Source: an uncultured virus (IMG/VR IMGVR_UViG_3300036715_000919) (taxonomy: Duplodnaviria > Heunggongvirae > Uroviricota > Caudoviricetes). From it: a stretch of DNA of 27,223 nt. Made by a program: the position numbers and the translations under genes. This document shows positions 8,401 through 17,566 of this stretch, piece by piece. How positions within the stretch are numbered: position 1 is the first letter of the stretch; each line of letters begins with the position of its first letter. The notes beneath the pieces are model-generated. The model saw nothing but the letters and a program-made list of their open reading frames with translations. It did no database searches and was not told the origin of the DNA. Where the stretch lies: the IMG/VR virus record IMGVR_UViG_3300036715_000919; one strand, written 5' to 3'.

Positions 8401-10620
8401 GAACCACCCGTATGTGTGGAAGGAGTAATCACAGATGTAAATGTCTCCTCCGTAGAAGATCTCGGTATTGTTCACAGTGTTTGAGCTTCCCCCTCTTACC
8501 AGTGACTGGGCAGTGAAGGGTACAAAGAGTTGTGATTTGATCGACATCATGTTTGACAGGAAACAGGTCTCAGACTTAGGTTGAGCCTCGGGCCCTGTAT
8601 ACGGATGACGGGAACCTGGTTGAACAGTAAGCTCATATACATCTCCGGAGCTAATGAGTGCTTCAGGATGTGTAAATCTGCCACCAAAGAAACGTTCAAT
8701 TCCTTTGTTATGCCACTTCAGGTATTCAATATTGTTTGGCACCCAGGAAGTATCAGCTACTGCTTTGATGCGTTTAGCGGGAAGTACTGGTGAGATCCCC
8801 TTTTGCAGGTAGTCCAGTACAAATACCATTGGGCCATCGTTGGAATCTGTTACCAACTGATCTTCCACAGTACCTCCCGTATAAGGAAAGTTCACACGGG
8901 AATGCTTTAGCTGTAGATCAATATAGTCAGGTGTTACACTGGGATTGTTGAATAGCATGTCAAAGCTATGGAAATGAAATATGGATTGGTCCATATATAG
9001 GTGGTAATCAGGTCCACTTTTCCAATCAATATAGCTGTTCCAATTACCTCCGGTTGAATAGTAATTACTTGGGGATAGTGCAGTTTCAGCCTGGTTACGT
9101 GCACCATTGAGCATGAGACTCTGTCCCACGATAGTAGAATTGGCCACATTACGTTTGGCATAAAACAGTTCCCAGCCAACTATCTGGTCTGCATATTCAG
9201 CAGGTATAGTTACATTCTCCAGACTGATGCCTAACATATCTAAACTGTTACGGCCGTAATCGGGCTCACCCATAAACAGATTCTGCTTACACCATGCAAT
9301 AGAAGGGAAACGGTGGTGTCTAACAGGAGTGCCCCTCAGATCCTCTCCACCTACAGCAGATGAATTGAAGTCATCTGTGTTGGGGTAATTCTCAGAAGCA
9401 TTCTCCCATTTACCGAAGTAGCCACTTTTAGATGCATAGTCAAATGAAGGTATCCTATCTTCTACCTGGAACTTCTTAGCTGTAAGTCCTTCTGCTGTAG
9501 CTAAGGGGGAGGTGAGCCGGTCTGTGGAATCCAGTGGTTCTCCGGGTATCACAAAAGATTGTGTTACGGTGCCATCTGTCTTCTTGAAACGTATGTACCA
9601 TGCGTATACTTCTCCATGCATGTGACTCTTCTCTTTACCCTCTGACATAGGAGTATAGACAGGATTTACGGTGATCAGTTTAGAATGCCACTTTAGTCGG
9701 ATCAGATTAACCCACTTTTGCATCCGAATCTGCTGTGGACTCTCAAGGTCAGCAATGTACAGGGCATCATTAAGTTGTCCCATGGTACCCACTTTGTTGT
9801 ATACCTTGCGTGGAGTAAGTATTTCTTCCAAGGTTACTGGTTCAGTCACTTCAGTACCTGTGTAGGCAATGGTGATTGAGCCGGATGCGAGGATAGGATT
9901 AAGAAACTGTACTGCTGATAATATGCCATTGATCTTGGTTACAATGGCTATCTGTACGTAATCATAATCCGGATCTATGTTAGTAAGCGTGATTTCAAGA
10001 CTTTTGTCTGTAGCCTGTCCAGTAGTGCCACTCACAACAGCAGGTGCACTTACAGCGATGTAACTGGTCTCCGTTCCATCTTTCTTAGTGTACTTTAGTG
10101 CAGCGTAATAAGCGCCGGGTAACAGGATACCTCCAGCCTGTACTTCAATAGTGAGATCTGCTGGTAATGCATTGGGGAATAGTTTTAGGTCATTGAGGGT
10201 GTTGGCCATAGGTGTATCCATATTAACATAGAAAGGAGTGGCATTCTTATCTGTGAATGCTACTACCAGTTCTCCCTTGTAGTTCCGCTGGGCCTGTCCG
10301 GTGATATAGAAATCGGTATCAAAAGGAAGTTTGAATGGGAGGGACGCGTCATCGTATTTGGGGATGTAAATGTCATTGTCCACGTCAAAGTATCCGATAG
10401 CACTGTGAACATTGTTACTGCTGAAAATAACAGGGTACTTATCTGTTTCAATGATACCGATTTGAGTGTAAGGTAGTATTGCAGCAGACTTGGCAAAGCC
10501 CATCTCATTGAGAGTAGCTCCTTCAATGTAGTTCTGTACTCCGTTCTTACCAAACGGGTACGTCCCCTTGGGTTGTTCCTGGGGACGGGTGTTTCTGCTA
10601 AGTTTATTAAATTTCTGCAT
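5428..10620 (-). CDS. Tail muzzle/stabilisation protein (N-terminal ~1010 aa) fused to cadherin-like, Cys-rich, jelly-roll-like and DUF5977-like domains
   Basis: crAss-like muzzle motifs: GEVYAWYIRF, WENASENYP, PVRHHRFP, FYAKR, YGGDIYI, LGSGDIF, YAGTQH, GYDPKYKRLLLT. C-terminal ~700 aa show cadherin signatures (ISENTAVGT, VNRPP, ATDREGD, FTINPATG, LDYYT) and end in QKNDC...VTYTVPQGTYMSIVSQAAADALA...QTYAN..GTC. Confidence 0.85.
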   Translation of the reverse strand: MQKFNKLSRNTRPQEQPKGTYPFGKNGVQNYIEGATLNEMGFAKSAAILPYTQIGIIETDKYPVIFSSNNVHSAIGYFDVDNDIYIPKYDDASLPFKLPFDTDFYITGQAQRNYKGELVVAFTDKNATPFYVNMDTPMANTLNDLKLFPNALPADLTIEVQAGGILLPGAYYAALKYTKKDGTETSYIAVSAPAVVSGTTGQATDKSLEITLTNIDPDYDYVQIAIVTKINGILSAVQFLNPILASGSITIAYTGTEVTEPVTLEEILTPRKVYNKVGTMGQLNDALYIADLESPQQIRMQKWVNLIRLKWHSKLITVNPVYTPMSEGKEKSHMHGEVYAWYIRFKKTDGTVTQSFVIPGEPLDSTDRLTSPLATAEGLTAKKFQVEDRIPSFDYASKSGYFGKWENASENYPNTDDFNSSAVGGEDLRGTPVRHHRFPSIAWCKQNLFMGEPDYGRNSLDMLGISLENVTIPAEYADQIVGWELFYAKRNVANSTIVGQSLMLNGARNQAETALSPSNYYSTGGNWNSYIDWKSGPDYHLYMDQSIFHFHSFDMLFNNPSVTPDYIDLQLKHSRVNFPYTGGTVEDQLVTDSNDGPMVFVLDYLQKGISPVLPAKRIKAVADTSWVPNNIEYLKWHNKGIERFFGGRFTHPEALISSGDVYELTVQPGSRHPYTGPEAQPKSETCFLSNMMSIKSQLFVPFTAQSLVRGGSSNTVNNTEIFYGGDIYICDYSFHTYGWFDNENQVSPYNGMFQGTKVVRRFICECVANLYARYEDPANPYSRYYPKSSLTPNDKDNYLTNFMRDIDPNQFGYKKDSNALDDLFATDIFNTFAEDLYLHPYRIHRMGKLSRQTKVRNWRSCLPLDYYEMQKNMGKPVHLEGMDDRLLIHCENALFRTQDKTKLEADIISITLGSGDIFQFEPQEANSAPRGYAGTQHDLACVRTPNGYIFLDSKEGNIFIYKGQLELINKEMNVFFKEYLRMKENNPFIGNGYTIGYDPKYKRLLLTAKDVRANAGLIVNNYDPANILTYSIGDLLLKDGKLVRFLGVNSTVYNCDAAPVPGVPDLELTISENTAVGTLIGTLAGSNIVNYYITGSSSPFAIDPSTGKVTVVGSLDYYTQSLYTFAGKGFGTAGDFDGFTLIVHLTSVNRPPVILNNEVTISETNLDGDSVALMVATDREGDTLTFGIAGGNTGGTFTINPATGAITIADHTQLDGNTIPTYVLDITVTDGTTLVHGTCIVHITPADGVIVMPDTTITIPDTTPSLTPVVTLGPALVREDLSLTYTLISESVPGVFTVDLTTLVITLVNNSSLNPIVTPQYLLHMSVSGSGLPPVLFTVTINVEYTRGSIGFSPAVPSCLSGTPSCPSGYTLSSDGSACVKTTTTAATIISSGGCLAASTNSAYGSYFARIYKPGWNNSSIELFTAPTSDVYAEMSTTYWKGRPNACGVWVDSDCNGTPDALTAGAQTTISAYYNNTGSARTVYVGIFGDNEFELKVNGVRIAITDGLGTHESFKVFHIFPVDIINGANIFNAVGTGDGSVNDSIGMIIYDNTPATIQAATTDAGVTILYTTTSMINQPNVVATCPSGYVLDLTGSPSCKKIETVVPTGATNTRHWDKVQINDLRHSTIINIVNNQLTPILTFQDMNVPYYPDIANHIDCGATVVTYLSAAASGTVQKNDCTTGVGSVVTYTVPQGTYMSIVSQAAADALAVADVAANKQTYANTKGTCS

Positions 10621-11489
10621 TAGCTGAGTGGTTGATTGGTTCCTGCAATGTACGGCTGCTGTGTATTGCTGTTGGCACTGCTTAATCCTGTATTAGGGCC
10701 AAAGCCGCGGGTATCAAATGTACCTTCTGGTCCTGGTGTAGAGAAGAAGTTGTCGTAGTACCCCTGGTGAGGGATGAACCGTACAAAGGTATTGATGCGT
10801 TTATCCATTTGCTCAGGAGAAGGCATACGAATCTCAGCTATTGCTCTTGGTCCGTAGAGCATCTCGAACTGCTGTATGCAGTAATCAAATTTGAAGATGG
10901 TATCCTTCCAGCCGGCACCGATCATCATCCCCCTACAATACCAGTAGAGTGCAGATTTGTAGTTTTGGTTATCGGGTATCATCGGAAAGCCATCTTCGTC
11001 AGTTTTGATGCCACGGTAGTACAGGATCACTTTTCCATCTGAAAATGAAGTATTGATGTGTCCCATGTCCGTGTAGTAATAGGCGCCTGCTGTGCATGAT
11101 TGAAGGGCATTGACGTCCTGTAGTTTACTTACATACAGGGTGTGTCCATCAAAGGTCTGCTTGTCTACTACTGAATTGAACGCTGAGTAATTGTCCAGAT
11201 AAGTCACTGCCCTGTCTCTTTCAGCAGGCCGGGCGCCACCGCCCTCTCTTAGTCTATGTCCATCATACTCAACTCCATCCAGGTACTTCATGCCGCAGGG
11301 AAGTTTAGCCTTGTGGAAGTTGATTTGTACCGGCTCCCATTTTCCTTCTAAAGAGAACTGAGTCTGCAGTTGTTCCATGGCTTCATACAACCACTCATGA
11401 ATGTCGGCTATGAAGGAACTGTCCTGGATACGCGTATTACGTACTACGTTTCCAATGACGTCCCGAAGGCTGGTGTACTGGTATTGCAT
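10620..11489 (-). CDS. Tail ring/adaptor (tail tubular, ring-1-like) protein
   Basis: Motifs EWLYEAM, FHKAKLPC, GHINTSF, YRGIKTDEDGFPMIPDN, ALYWY match the conserved crAss-like tubular protein immediately upstream of the muzzle. TAATG coupling to the muzzle. Confidence 0.8.
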   Translation of the reverse strand: MQYQYTSLRDVIGNVVRNTRIQDSSFIADIHEWLYEAMEQLQTQFSLEGKWEPVQINFHKAKLPCGMKYLDGVEYDGHRLREGGGARPAERDRAVTYLDNYSAFNSVVDKQTFDGHTLYVSKLQDVNALQSCTAGAYYYTDMGHINTSFSDGKVILYYRGIKTDEDGFPMIPDNQNYKSALYWYCRGMMIGAGWKDTIFKFDYCIQQFEMLYGPRAIAEIRMPSPEQMDKRINTFVRFIPHQGYYDNFFSTPGPEGTFDTRGFGPNTGLSSANSNTQQPYIAGTNQPLS

Positions 11490-12082
11490 GGTATCGGATG
11501 TTTGTTTATTCGCTTTATAATAGGGTAGTACTTGTATTTGAATTTAAGTAGCGGGTCATCAGTGAGTGCCTTGGAGAACTCAGCCTTGAATCCCTTCCTG
11601 GTGGCCATATTCTTCTCAGCAGGTTTGAAGTGATAATTGGTCTCGTTGGGTATCATTCCAAACTTAGCCCATTCAATTCTGCAGTAGTCGTCCTCTGTAT
11701 GGAAGACTTTGATCAACTTACCGTCTGGTCCTTTCTCTCCGTTGAACGTCTCATGCCAGTTGACCAGTGGTTTGGTGAAATCCCGTTGTATCCTGGCTCC
11801 TCTGATCTTTCCCAAGTTAGCCCCCAGTCTTAGTGTTTCTCCATGGATGATAGCGTATTTGGCTTTATGGAAGTAAACTTCAATCACATCTTTCCAGATA
11901 AACCAGCTCATTTTCAATACTACTTTGCCATTCTCTTTGGCGTAGATGTAGCAATCTTTACGCTTCACGCGTTTCTCGTATTTCCCCCACCAGGTAGGGT
12001 GCGCATCAAGTAACTTTTTTACATACGCCGCATAGACGTCTTTGATGGAATACTGCTTCGGTCTTACAATTGGTTTTGCCAT
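11444..12082 (-). CDS. crAss-like IHF/HU-like DNA-binding protein of the tail module
   Basis: Basic protein with IIHGETLRLGANLGKIR...VNWHET...VFHTEDDYCRIEW...YHFKP, the divergent IHF-like family found between ring genes. Overlaps the next gene by 46 nt and is the only called gene ending in TAG. Confidence 0.7.
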   Translation of the reverse strand: MAKPIVRPKQYSIKDVYAAYVKKLLDAHPTWWGKYEKRVKRKDCYIYAKENGKVVLKMSWFIWKDVIEVYFHKAKYAIIHGETLRLGANLGKIRGARIQRDFTKPLVNWHETFNGEKGPDGKLIKVFHTEDDYCRIEWAKFGMIPNETNYHFKPAEKNMATRKGFKAEFSKALTDDPLLKFKYKYYPIIKRINKHPIPCNTSTPAFGTSLET

Positions 12083-12094
12083 ATCGGTCTCAAG

Positions 12095-12736
12095 TTATTT
12101 CTCAACTGGTACTTCATCAGTGGGCTTGGAATCAGGTCGATTGTAATCAATCTGTAGTATAGACTGAACAATCAGCTGCATGATGTCACCACTGCATGGA
12201 AACTCAATATCCCAAACATCACAGTTGTATGCCTGAGGTAAACATGAACAGCTCATCTGCTGGATAAGAAGGGGATCATCAAAGATGCCATCAGTTCTCA
12301 CCACAGGGATACCGGTCTTATCAATATAGAGTTTGTTATTGCTGTATTCAAAGGCCGGGAACCACGAAGCGAACTTACCTGTCATCAGATAGTTGGCTGT
12401 GCCAGGGCCTACTTCACGAAATGGACTCTTGCCGTCCACACCTCCAACGTAATCAAATAAGGTAGTCCCCACTCTGATCAACAGGGGTATCTTTTCAACT
12501 GAGATGGATTGCATCTCCCCAATGCCTGCTGCATAATTTGAAGCAGAAGCAGTAGTCATCTTAACGTAGAGAGTTTGCCGAAAGAATTTACGCTGACCAG
12601 GCTCTTTTCCAATGGAGTTGGCGACATGCCTGCTTCTCCAGTACTTTATCCGTTCCATCAATTGAAGTCTGAAGGGAACATCCAGCTCTCTGTCAAGATT
12701 GGAAGCTATCAATGTGGTTATTTCATTCGGAGTCAT
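12095..12736 (-). CDS. Tail ring protein (ring-2-like)
   Basis: MTPNEI..., FDYVGGVDG, NNKLYI, GIFDDP, C-D..D.EFP motifs and synteny. ATG at 12736 (preceded by ACT) preferred over the TTG start at 12760. Confidence 0.7.
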   Translation of the reverse strand: MTPNEITTLIASNLDRELDVPFRLQLMERIKYWRSRHVANSIGKEPGQRKFFRQTLYVKMTTASASNYAAGIGEMQSISVEKIPLLIRVGTTLFDYVGGVDGKSPFREVGPGTANYLMTGKFASWFPAFEYSNNKLYIDKTGIPVVRTDGIFDDPLLIQQMSCSCLPQAYNCDVWDIEFPCSGDIMQLIVQSILQIDYNRPDSKPTDEVPVEK

Positions 12737-12771
12737 AGTGTACAGGATGTTTAAGAACAATTACAAGTTAC

Positions 12772-12797
12772 AAAAAAGAGTGGGTAGAAACCCACTC
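12772..12797 (-). terminator. Rho-independent terminator after the auxiliary capsid gene
   Basis: Minus strand GAGTGGGT-TTCT-ACCCACTC followed by TTTTTT: 8-bp perfect stem plus U-tract. Confidence 0.85.
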
Positions 12798-12853
12798 CGC
12801 TTGTCCAATATTTATGAAAACCTTCGAATTCTGCAATGTTCCTAAGAACTATA

Positions 12854-13834
12854 TTATAATCCTAGTATCAGCTTCACTTCAGCCTCTGCGTTAGTAGCAC
12901 CGTTGGAAGGGATAGCCAAGAGAATGTTGCGTGGTTGTGTATGTCTGTCAACAGGAGTAGGAGAATTTTCAGATGCAGTTCCCTGTATGATATACAAATT
13001 GTATGTAGCAGCGGGTAATGCAAATGCAGTAGGAGCACCGAAGTCAGATGGACGAGCCATTTGCATTCCGGGATACTGTGTACCTAATCCTTTGTAAACA
13101 TCAGATTCAAATTCCAGTTCAGCTACCTGGTTGTAAGTACCAGTTCCCCAGTAAGCATTGGCAGTACCACTTCCAGAGTAGGTAGCAGTTGCTGCATTAT
13201 CATTCAATGAGTCATAACTGAATGCCAGGCGGAAAGTGATTCCTGCAGAGGCAGCGGTTAAGATGATGGTAGTGGTAGACAATGTAGCAGTAACAATACT
13301 ATCTGTGCCCTTGTTAATTACGTTGGTCTTATCATTGATAAGGTCAACAATGCGCTGTAATAGGATAGCAGCAGTAGTATCAGTTGCTTTAGCAGTAACA
13401 CCATATTCCCATGATGGGAAAGGCTGGTAGCCGGGAGTAGTTTCAATTACTTTCACACTATAGTAGTGTCCGACAGTTGGTACTACAGCACCAAATACAG
13501 CTTTACTTATCTGAGCAACAGGAGCAGAATAAGTAACGCGTTTGGCAGTGTACCCACCAGCCAATTGGAAAGTACCAGTTTTCTCAATGTTACCATCTCT
13601 TTTCAAAGCGAAGAACAGATTGACTGTTGTAGCTGGGGTGGTAGCTCCACTGATCAGGGCATTGGTATCAGCATTGAAGCAGGCGATCTCACCTTCAGCA
13701 GCTGTACTTACGAATGTTGGAAAATCAGTTACACCAGTGGCGATACCAGTTCCTGAATAGTCAACTTGTTTGGCGATTAATACATCTGCAAATATACCGA
13801 GGGTAGATTTCCAGTACTTGTTTCTGTCTAACAT
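12854..13834 (-). CDS. Auxiliary capsid (decoration) protein
   Basis: 326 aa, Ala/Thr/Gly-rich and beta-rich; YSAPVAQIS...GTGTYNQVAELE...YNLYII...IAIP pattern. Size, position and following terminator fit the crAss001 gp36-like auxiliary capsid protein. Confidence 0.65.
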   Translation of the reverse strand: MLDRNKYWKSTLGIFADVLIAKQVDYSGTGIATGVTDFPTFVSTAAEGEIACFNADTNALISGATTPATTVNLFFALKRDGNIEKTGTFQLAGGYTAKRVTYSAPVAQISKAVFGAVVPTVGHYYSVKVIETTPGYQPFPSWEYGVTAKATDTTAAILLQRIVDLINDKTNVINKGTDSIVTATLSTTTIILTAASAGITFRLAFSYDSLNDNAATATYSGSGTANAYWGTGTYNQVAELEFESDVYKGLGTQYPGMQMARPSDFGAPTAFALPAATYNLYIIQGTASENSPTPVDRHTQPRNILLAIPSNGATNAEAEVKLILGL

Positions 13835-13853
13835 GAATATGAATTTTAAAAGT

Positions 13854-14906
13854 TTAAATGGGTACGGATCGGGTCATGTTGTCTTTCAGTTTAGTCTCCC
13901 AGTTTGGATCTGCTATCATAGCTTTAAAGTACTCAACTGTTAGATCACAAATGGCTTGATGAAACTCTTCTGGTAACTCACAATCCTGAGATAAAAGTAG
14001 ACTTATCCTACGGGGTTTTTTCACGTAGTCTATACTCACCCCAGTTACTATGAAGCCTGTATCCCCATAAACTGTCAATTCACGTCCTGAAACTTCTGAA
14101 ATTGGGGATAGATTAGATGATTTGATAAAGGCAGTACGTCTCATAGTACTGATCTTGTCTGCAGGAGTGAGCCTGTTGGCTTGCCATGTTCCCAGTATAG
14201 AACTGTATCTGTTGTAAGATAAGGAGGTGACGATTCCATTTACAGTTGTAGTATCATCTACAGTGATAGTTCCAATGGTACCACCAGGGAAGATGAAAGA
14301 ATGCGGCTTGTAAACAGATTTATAATTTTCCCAATATACAATTATGCCGAGTGTATTACGCATGTGCCAAAGCATTACATCACGAATGAGATACCTCTCC
14401 TCTTTAGAGTTGAGGCCAGTGTACCCCGTGATTTGCTGTGCGGTAATAATATCCAGTAGGCTGATGGTGTTACCATTGAGTGTAATCACTACTGTACTGA
14501 AATACTTAGGTGTACTCTTGCTGCTGTATAGAGGAAGGGAGAGTACACTCTCAGTGATGGTCTTCAGGGTAGGACGTGGTGTTCCGCATTGAGAAAGAGT
14601 ACGGCTATCATCTGATATGAGGTAACTGTAGTCTCCTGGTAAAGAAGCCACGTACACATCAGAGTCAAACGAGTCTGTCACTGGGATAGTTCTGTTAGTA
14701 ACCAGCAGGGTACGGATGCTATCTGCATCCAGTTGATCTACCTGGAATGCGCCATTGCCCTTTGACTTGAGTTTGGATTGAATAAACCTCTCCAGATTCT
14801 TATTCAGCAGCCAATCTATTTCATCTGGCAATAACTTACGACGTGTGTTAGAAGCTATGTTCTGTGTAGCCATTGACACTTCTATGTGCTGCTCGCGAAT
14901 GTTCAT
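13854..14906 (-). CDS. Tail ring protein (ring-3/4-like; conserved crAss-like structural gene)
   Basis: Motifs LPDEIDWLLN, IRTLLV, LPGDY, IDYVKKP, CELPEEFHQAICDLTVE. The central ~120 aa look like an insertion relative to shorter recalled homologs. Confidence 0.75.
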   Translation of the reverse strand: MNIREQHIEVSMATQNIASNTRRKLLPDEIDWLLNKNLERFIQSKLKSKGNGAFQVDQLDADSIRTLLVTNRTIPVTDSFDSDVYVASLPGDYSYLISDDSRTLSQCGTPRPTLKTITESVLSLPLYSSKSTPKYFSTVVITLNGNTISLLDIITAQQITGYTGLNSKEERYLIRDVMLWHMRNTLGIIVYWENYKSVYKPHSFIFPGGTIGTITVDDTTTVNGIVTSLSYNRYSSILGTWQANRLTPADKISTMRRTAFIKSSNLSPISEVSGRELTVYGDTGFIVTGVSIDYVKKPRRISLLLSQDCELPEEFHQAICDLTVEYFKAMIADPNWETKLKDNMTRSVPI

Positions 14907-14925
14907 CTGGAGAGGTTTTTATAGG

Positions 14926-15846
14926 TTATGCTTTGCTGGTAGCTGGAGTTTGCTGAAGTCCTTCCTGCATACGTGCCTTCAGCATCACAAGTGATTCTGA
15001 GTTTAATTTGTCCTTGATCCAGTACACTGCTTCCTGCATATCATTGCCGAGTACAGTTCCTGTTTCAGGGTTGATGATACGTTCCCCAATCTTCTGCAGA
15101 ACACTGGTGTTAAGCATAGTTTGAATAGTGTACATCTCATCAAATGATTTATCATTGAATATCTTCACTACATCTGAGGGTTTGGTTTCAGCCAGCACTT
15201 TTACCTTGTCCAGTTTCAATGCCTGAGCATTTTTACCTTTGAAAGTACGTGGATCAATTCCCATCAGTGTCAACAGCATATCTGCTTTCTCCGGAGTCTT
15301 TTTAATACGCAGGTAAAGTACCAATGCTTCATCCTTATCCTTGTTACCCAGTACTTCGAAATCTTCCTGTTCCTGTGCATCAAAGATGTAGTAGAATTTC
15401 AACATACTGTTCTCACCATCCTGCTTGCTGCCGGCTACTTCCGGGTGAGCCTTTGCATGACGGTAGGTAACATAGTCAGATAGATTGAGTGGTAAGTTGA
15501 TTGAGCTCAATGGTTCATTGTTATCAGTTTCCAATCCGATCTCCAGCTCACGGCCTTTATCAAATGGTACTGCTGTTTTGATTGCGGAGTAGTACTCTGA
15601 TACCTTGGCACGGAATGCTCTGTCCTCAGGTTCACAGTCTACAATGGTTGGTAATAATAGCTTCTGTTCAGAGAAGTTCAAACCAGACCCAATGGTCGTG
15701 GAATAACTATTCTCCCAAAAGGAACCTATGCTCCTTTTGCTCATAGCCATGAATTCCGGTGCGCCGTGTTGAGCATTTCCAATGAAGGAAGGCTTCCGGT
15801 AAAGCTTTACAATTCTACTGTTAGGGTGTTTCTTACTCGAGATCAT
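14926..15846 (-). CDS. Conserved crAss-like protein downstream of the major capsid gene
   Basis: PLNLSDYVTYRHAKAHPEVA...FYYIFD and C-terminal LGNDMQEAVYW; conserved position right after MCP. Function unknown. Confidence 0.7.
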   Translation of the reverse strand: MISSKKHPNSRIVKLYRKPSFIGNAQHGAPEFMAMSKRSIGSFWENSYSTTIGSGLNFSEQKLLLPTIVDCEPEDRAFRAKVSEYYSAIKTAVPFDKGRELEIGLETDNNEPLSSINLPLNLSDYVTYRHAKAHPEVAGSKQDGENSMLKFYYIFDAQEQEDFEVLGNKDKDEALVLYLRIKKTPEKADMLLTLMGIDPRTFKGKNAQALKLDKVKVLAETKPSDVVKIFNDKSFDEMYTIQTMLNTSVLQKIGERIINPETGTVLGNDMQEAVYWIKDKLNSESLVMLKARMQEGLQQTPATSKA

Positions 15847-15868
15847 TTGTTTACTGTATGTTTAAGTG

Positions 15869-15897
15869 TAAAAATACGAAATTCAAAACTACTGCAA
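15869..15897 (-). promoter_or_regulatory. Candidate Bacteroidota sigma70-type promoter
   Basis: Minus strand TTG-N18-TATTTTTA(CA), a one-mismatch match to the TTG...TAnnTTTG consensus, just downstream of the MCP terminator and ~20 nt before the 15846 ATG. Confidence 0.4.
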
Positions 15898-15912
15898 CTC
15901 CTGGGATTGGTG

Positions 15913-15937
15913 AAAAAAGAAGCCCCTAAAAAGGGGC
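15913..15937 (-). terminator. Rho-independent terminator after the major capsid gene
   Basis: Minus strand GCCCCT-TTTT-AGGGGC followed by TTCTTTTTT. A second 9-bp inverted repeat (TTAAGAAAC/GTTTCTTAA, 15947-15976) precedes it. Confidence 0.8.
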
Positions 15938-15981
15938 CTCTCGAGATTAAGAAACCTCTATACAGTAGTTTCTTAAATATA

Positions 15982-17532
15982 TTACTGACCAGCTAAGCAT
16001 TGGAAGTCGAAGCAACGGTTAGCTCTTAGGATCTGAATACCTGCAGACTTAAAGCGTGTGTATGCGCTCTTATCCTGGTCAGTGCTCAGCAGAGTTGCCT
16101 TGCTTTCGTTATCAATGTTAAAGCTTCCAGTCATTACCTGAAGACTCTTAGGCATGTTAGTCATACCGGCGATCACACCATGCTGGAATGAACGTCCTTT
16201 CTGAGCAACGTGTTGGATGTTTGGTTGACCATCGTAATCGTTGTCATCAATGAACACCATACGGTAAGATTCTAATGGCCACCCTGTTTCCGGATGAGTG
16301 TAACCAGCTGCCTGCTGTGCAAGAGCTACTTTACCCATGTCGAAGGTTGGGTTGTGTTTCACTTTCACAGTGTATCCATCAATATGATAGAACTGATCGA
16401 AGTATCCACCCAAAGCCAGATGTGATCCAGTACCAGAGATGAACTTATCGGCAATGTTGCCGGCGCCAGATCCAAGGTTAGCCAGGATAGTTCCACCTGC
16501 TTTCTTGATAGCACGATCGAATGCCCTCATACCACCACGACCTGTATGCAATGTGATAGAGATACCTGCTGTGTCAGACTGACCAAACAATGCGTCACCG
16601 ATTTGGCTCACCATGTAGTCGTAGTTCAAATCAGAGTAAGTACTCTTGTTCTGAATTTGCTCCAGGATACCTGATCCGGTTGGGATGTCTTTACCAGTAA
16701 GCAAATCTTTCAGCGCCACGGTACCGTTGGCAGCCCTGTTGTAACGAGAATACCAGTAGTTGTGTTCGCAGATAGATAGCCATTCCATTTCATACTGCCA
16801 CATAGCCCAATCCATCCAAACATCAGTTTCACCCTTGTCTGTCTTAACTGAGATCTTCATTACCTTGTTAGCAGAATTACCAGCCCAGCTGAAACCATGA
16901 CGCATGAAACCCATTTGGTTCTTGAATGAACCAGGCATGGCCATTTTAGATTCAGTTGTACGGGATTCACTCTCTGCAACAGCGGTAGTAATGTCAATCC
17001 ATGCATTACCACCATCCAGCTCTGTCAAAGGACAAAAGTCAGTTGGCAAGGCAGCATTCAATGATACAGTGTACTCATATTCACCAGTACCTGTAATAAC
17101 AGGATCAGAATGAACATAAGCCTGAATACCGCGGGCTGACTGGATGATGAAGAAACGTTTAATCCAGTTGTCCGTAAGGCGCAACTTGAACTGGTTGTTT
17201 CCGATACCAGGCTTATCACCAGTGGTGTACGCATTCGAGCTTACAATTGAAGCTTTATGAATACGGCCCATCACAGGATAAGTGAACTGGACATCATCCA
17301 ATTCCACAGCAGCTCTCTGCATAGCATTGCCTTCATAGCCAATACCACCGAGGGTCATCAATGAAATAGGATAATTCTTTGTATAGTCACCCATGATATA
17401 GGTGAGTTTACGGGTAAGCTCCGATGGAGCGCCCTGACGCTGGTGGTAGAAGTTGGTTTCATCCAGCATTGATTTGGAATCAAAGATTCCTTCGGTGACC
17501 CTGTATTTCAGGGCTGGGGTAGGTTGTGCCAT
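15982..17532 (-). CDS. Major capsid protein (crAss-like, HK97 fold)
   Basis: 516 aa; IPTGSGILEQI, LHTGRGG, GGYF..F.HIDG..V.V.HNP.FD, HPETGWPLESYRMVF motifs of crAss-like MCPs. Follows portal and scaffold; followed by a terminator. Confidence 0.92.
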   Translation of the reverse strand: MAQPTPALKYRVTEGIFDSKSMLDETNFYHQRQGAPSELTRKLTYIMGDYTKNYPISLMTLGGIGYEGNAMQRAAVELDDVQFTYPVMGRIHKASIVSSNAYTTGDKPGIGNNQFKLRLTDNWIKRFFIIQSARGIQAYVHSDPVITGTGEYEYTVSLNAALPTDFCPLTELDGGNAWIDITTAVAESESRTTESKMAMPGSFKNQMGFMRHGFSWAGNSANKVMKISVKTDKGETDVWMDWAMWQYEMEWLSICEHNYWYSRYNRAANGTVALKDLLTGKDIPTGSGILEQIQNKSTYSDLNYDYMVSQIGDALFGQSDTAGISITLHTGRGGMRAFDRAIKKAGGTILANLGSGAGNIADKFISGTGSHLALGGYFDQFYHIDGYTVKVKHNPTFDMGKVALAQQAAGYTHPETGWPLESYRMVFIDDNDYDGQPNIQHVAQKGRSFQHGVIAGMTNMPKSLQVMTGSFNIDNESKATLLSTDQDKSAYTRFKSAGIQILRANRCFDFQCLAGQ

Positions 17533-17566
17533 ATATGGGTACGGTTTTTACATAGTGCGGAAAGCC

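Noticed and set aside
11444..11489. Possible TAG recoding, as known in some Crassvirales
   Set aside because: No long gene is interrupted by TAG or TGA. Reading through the single TAG stop gives only an implausible out-of-frame extension over the ring gene.
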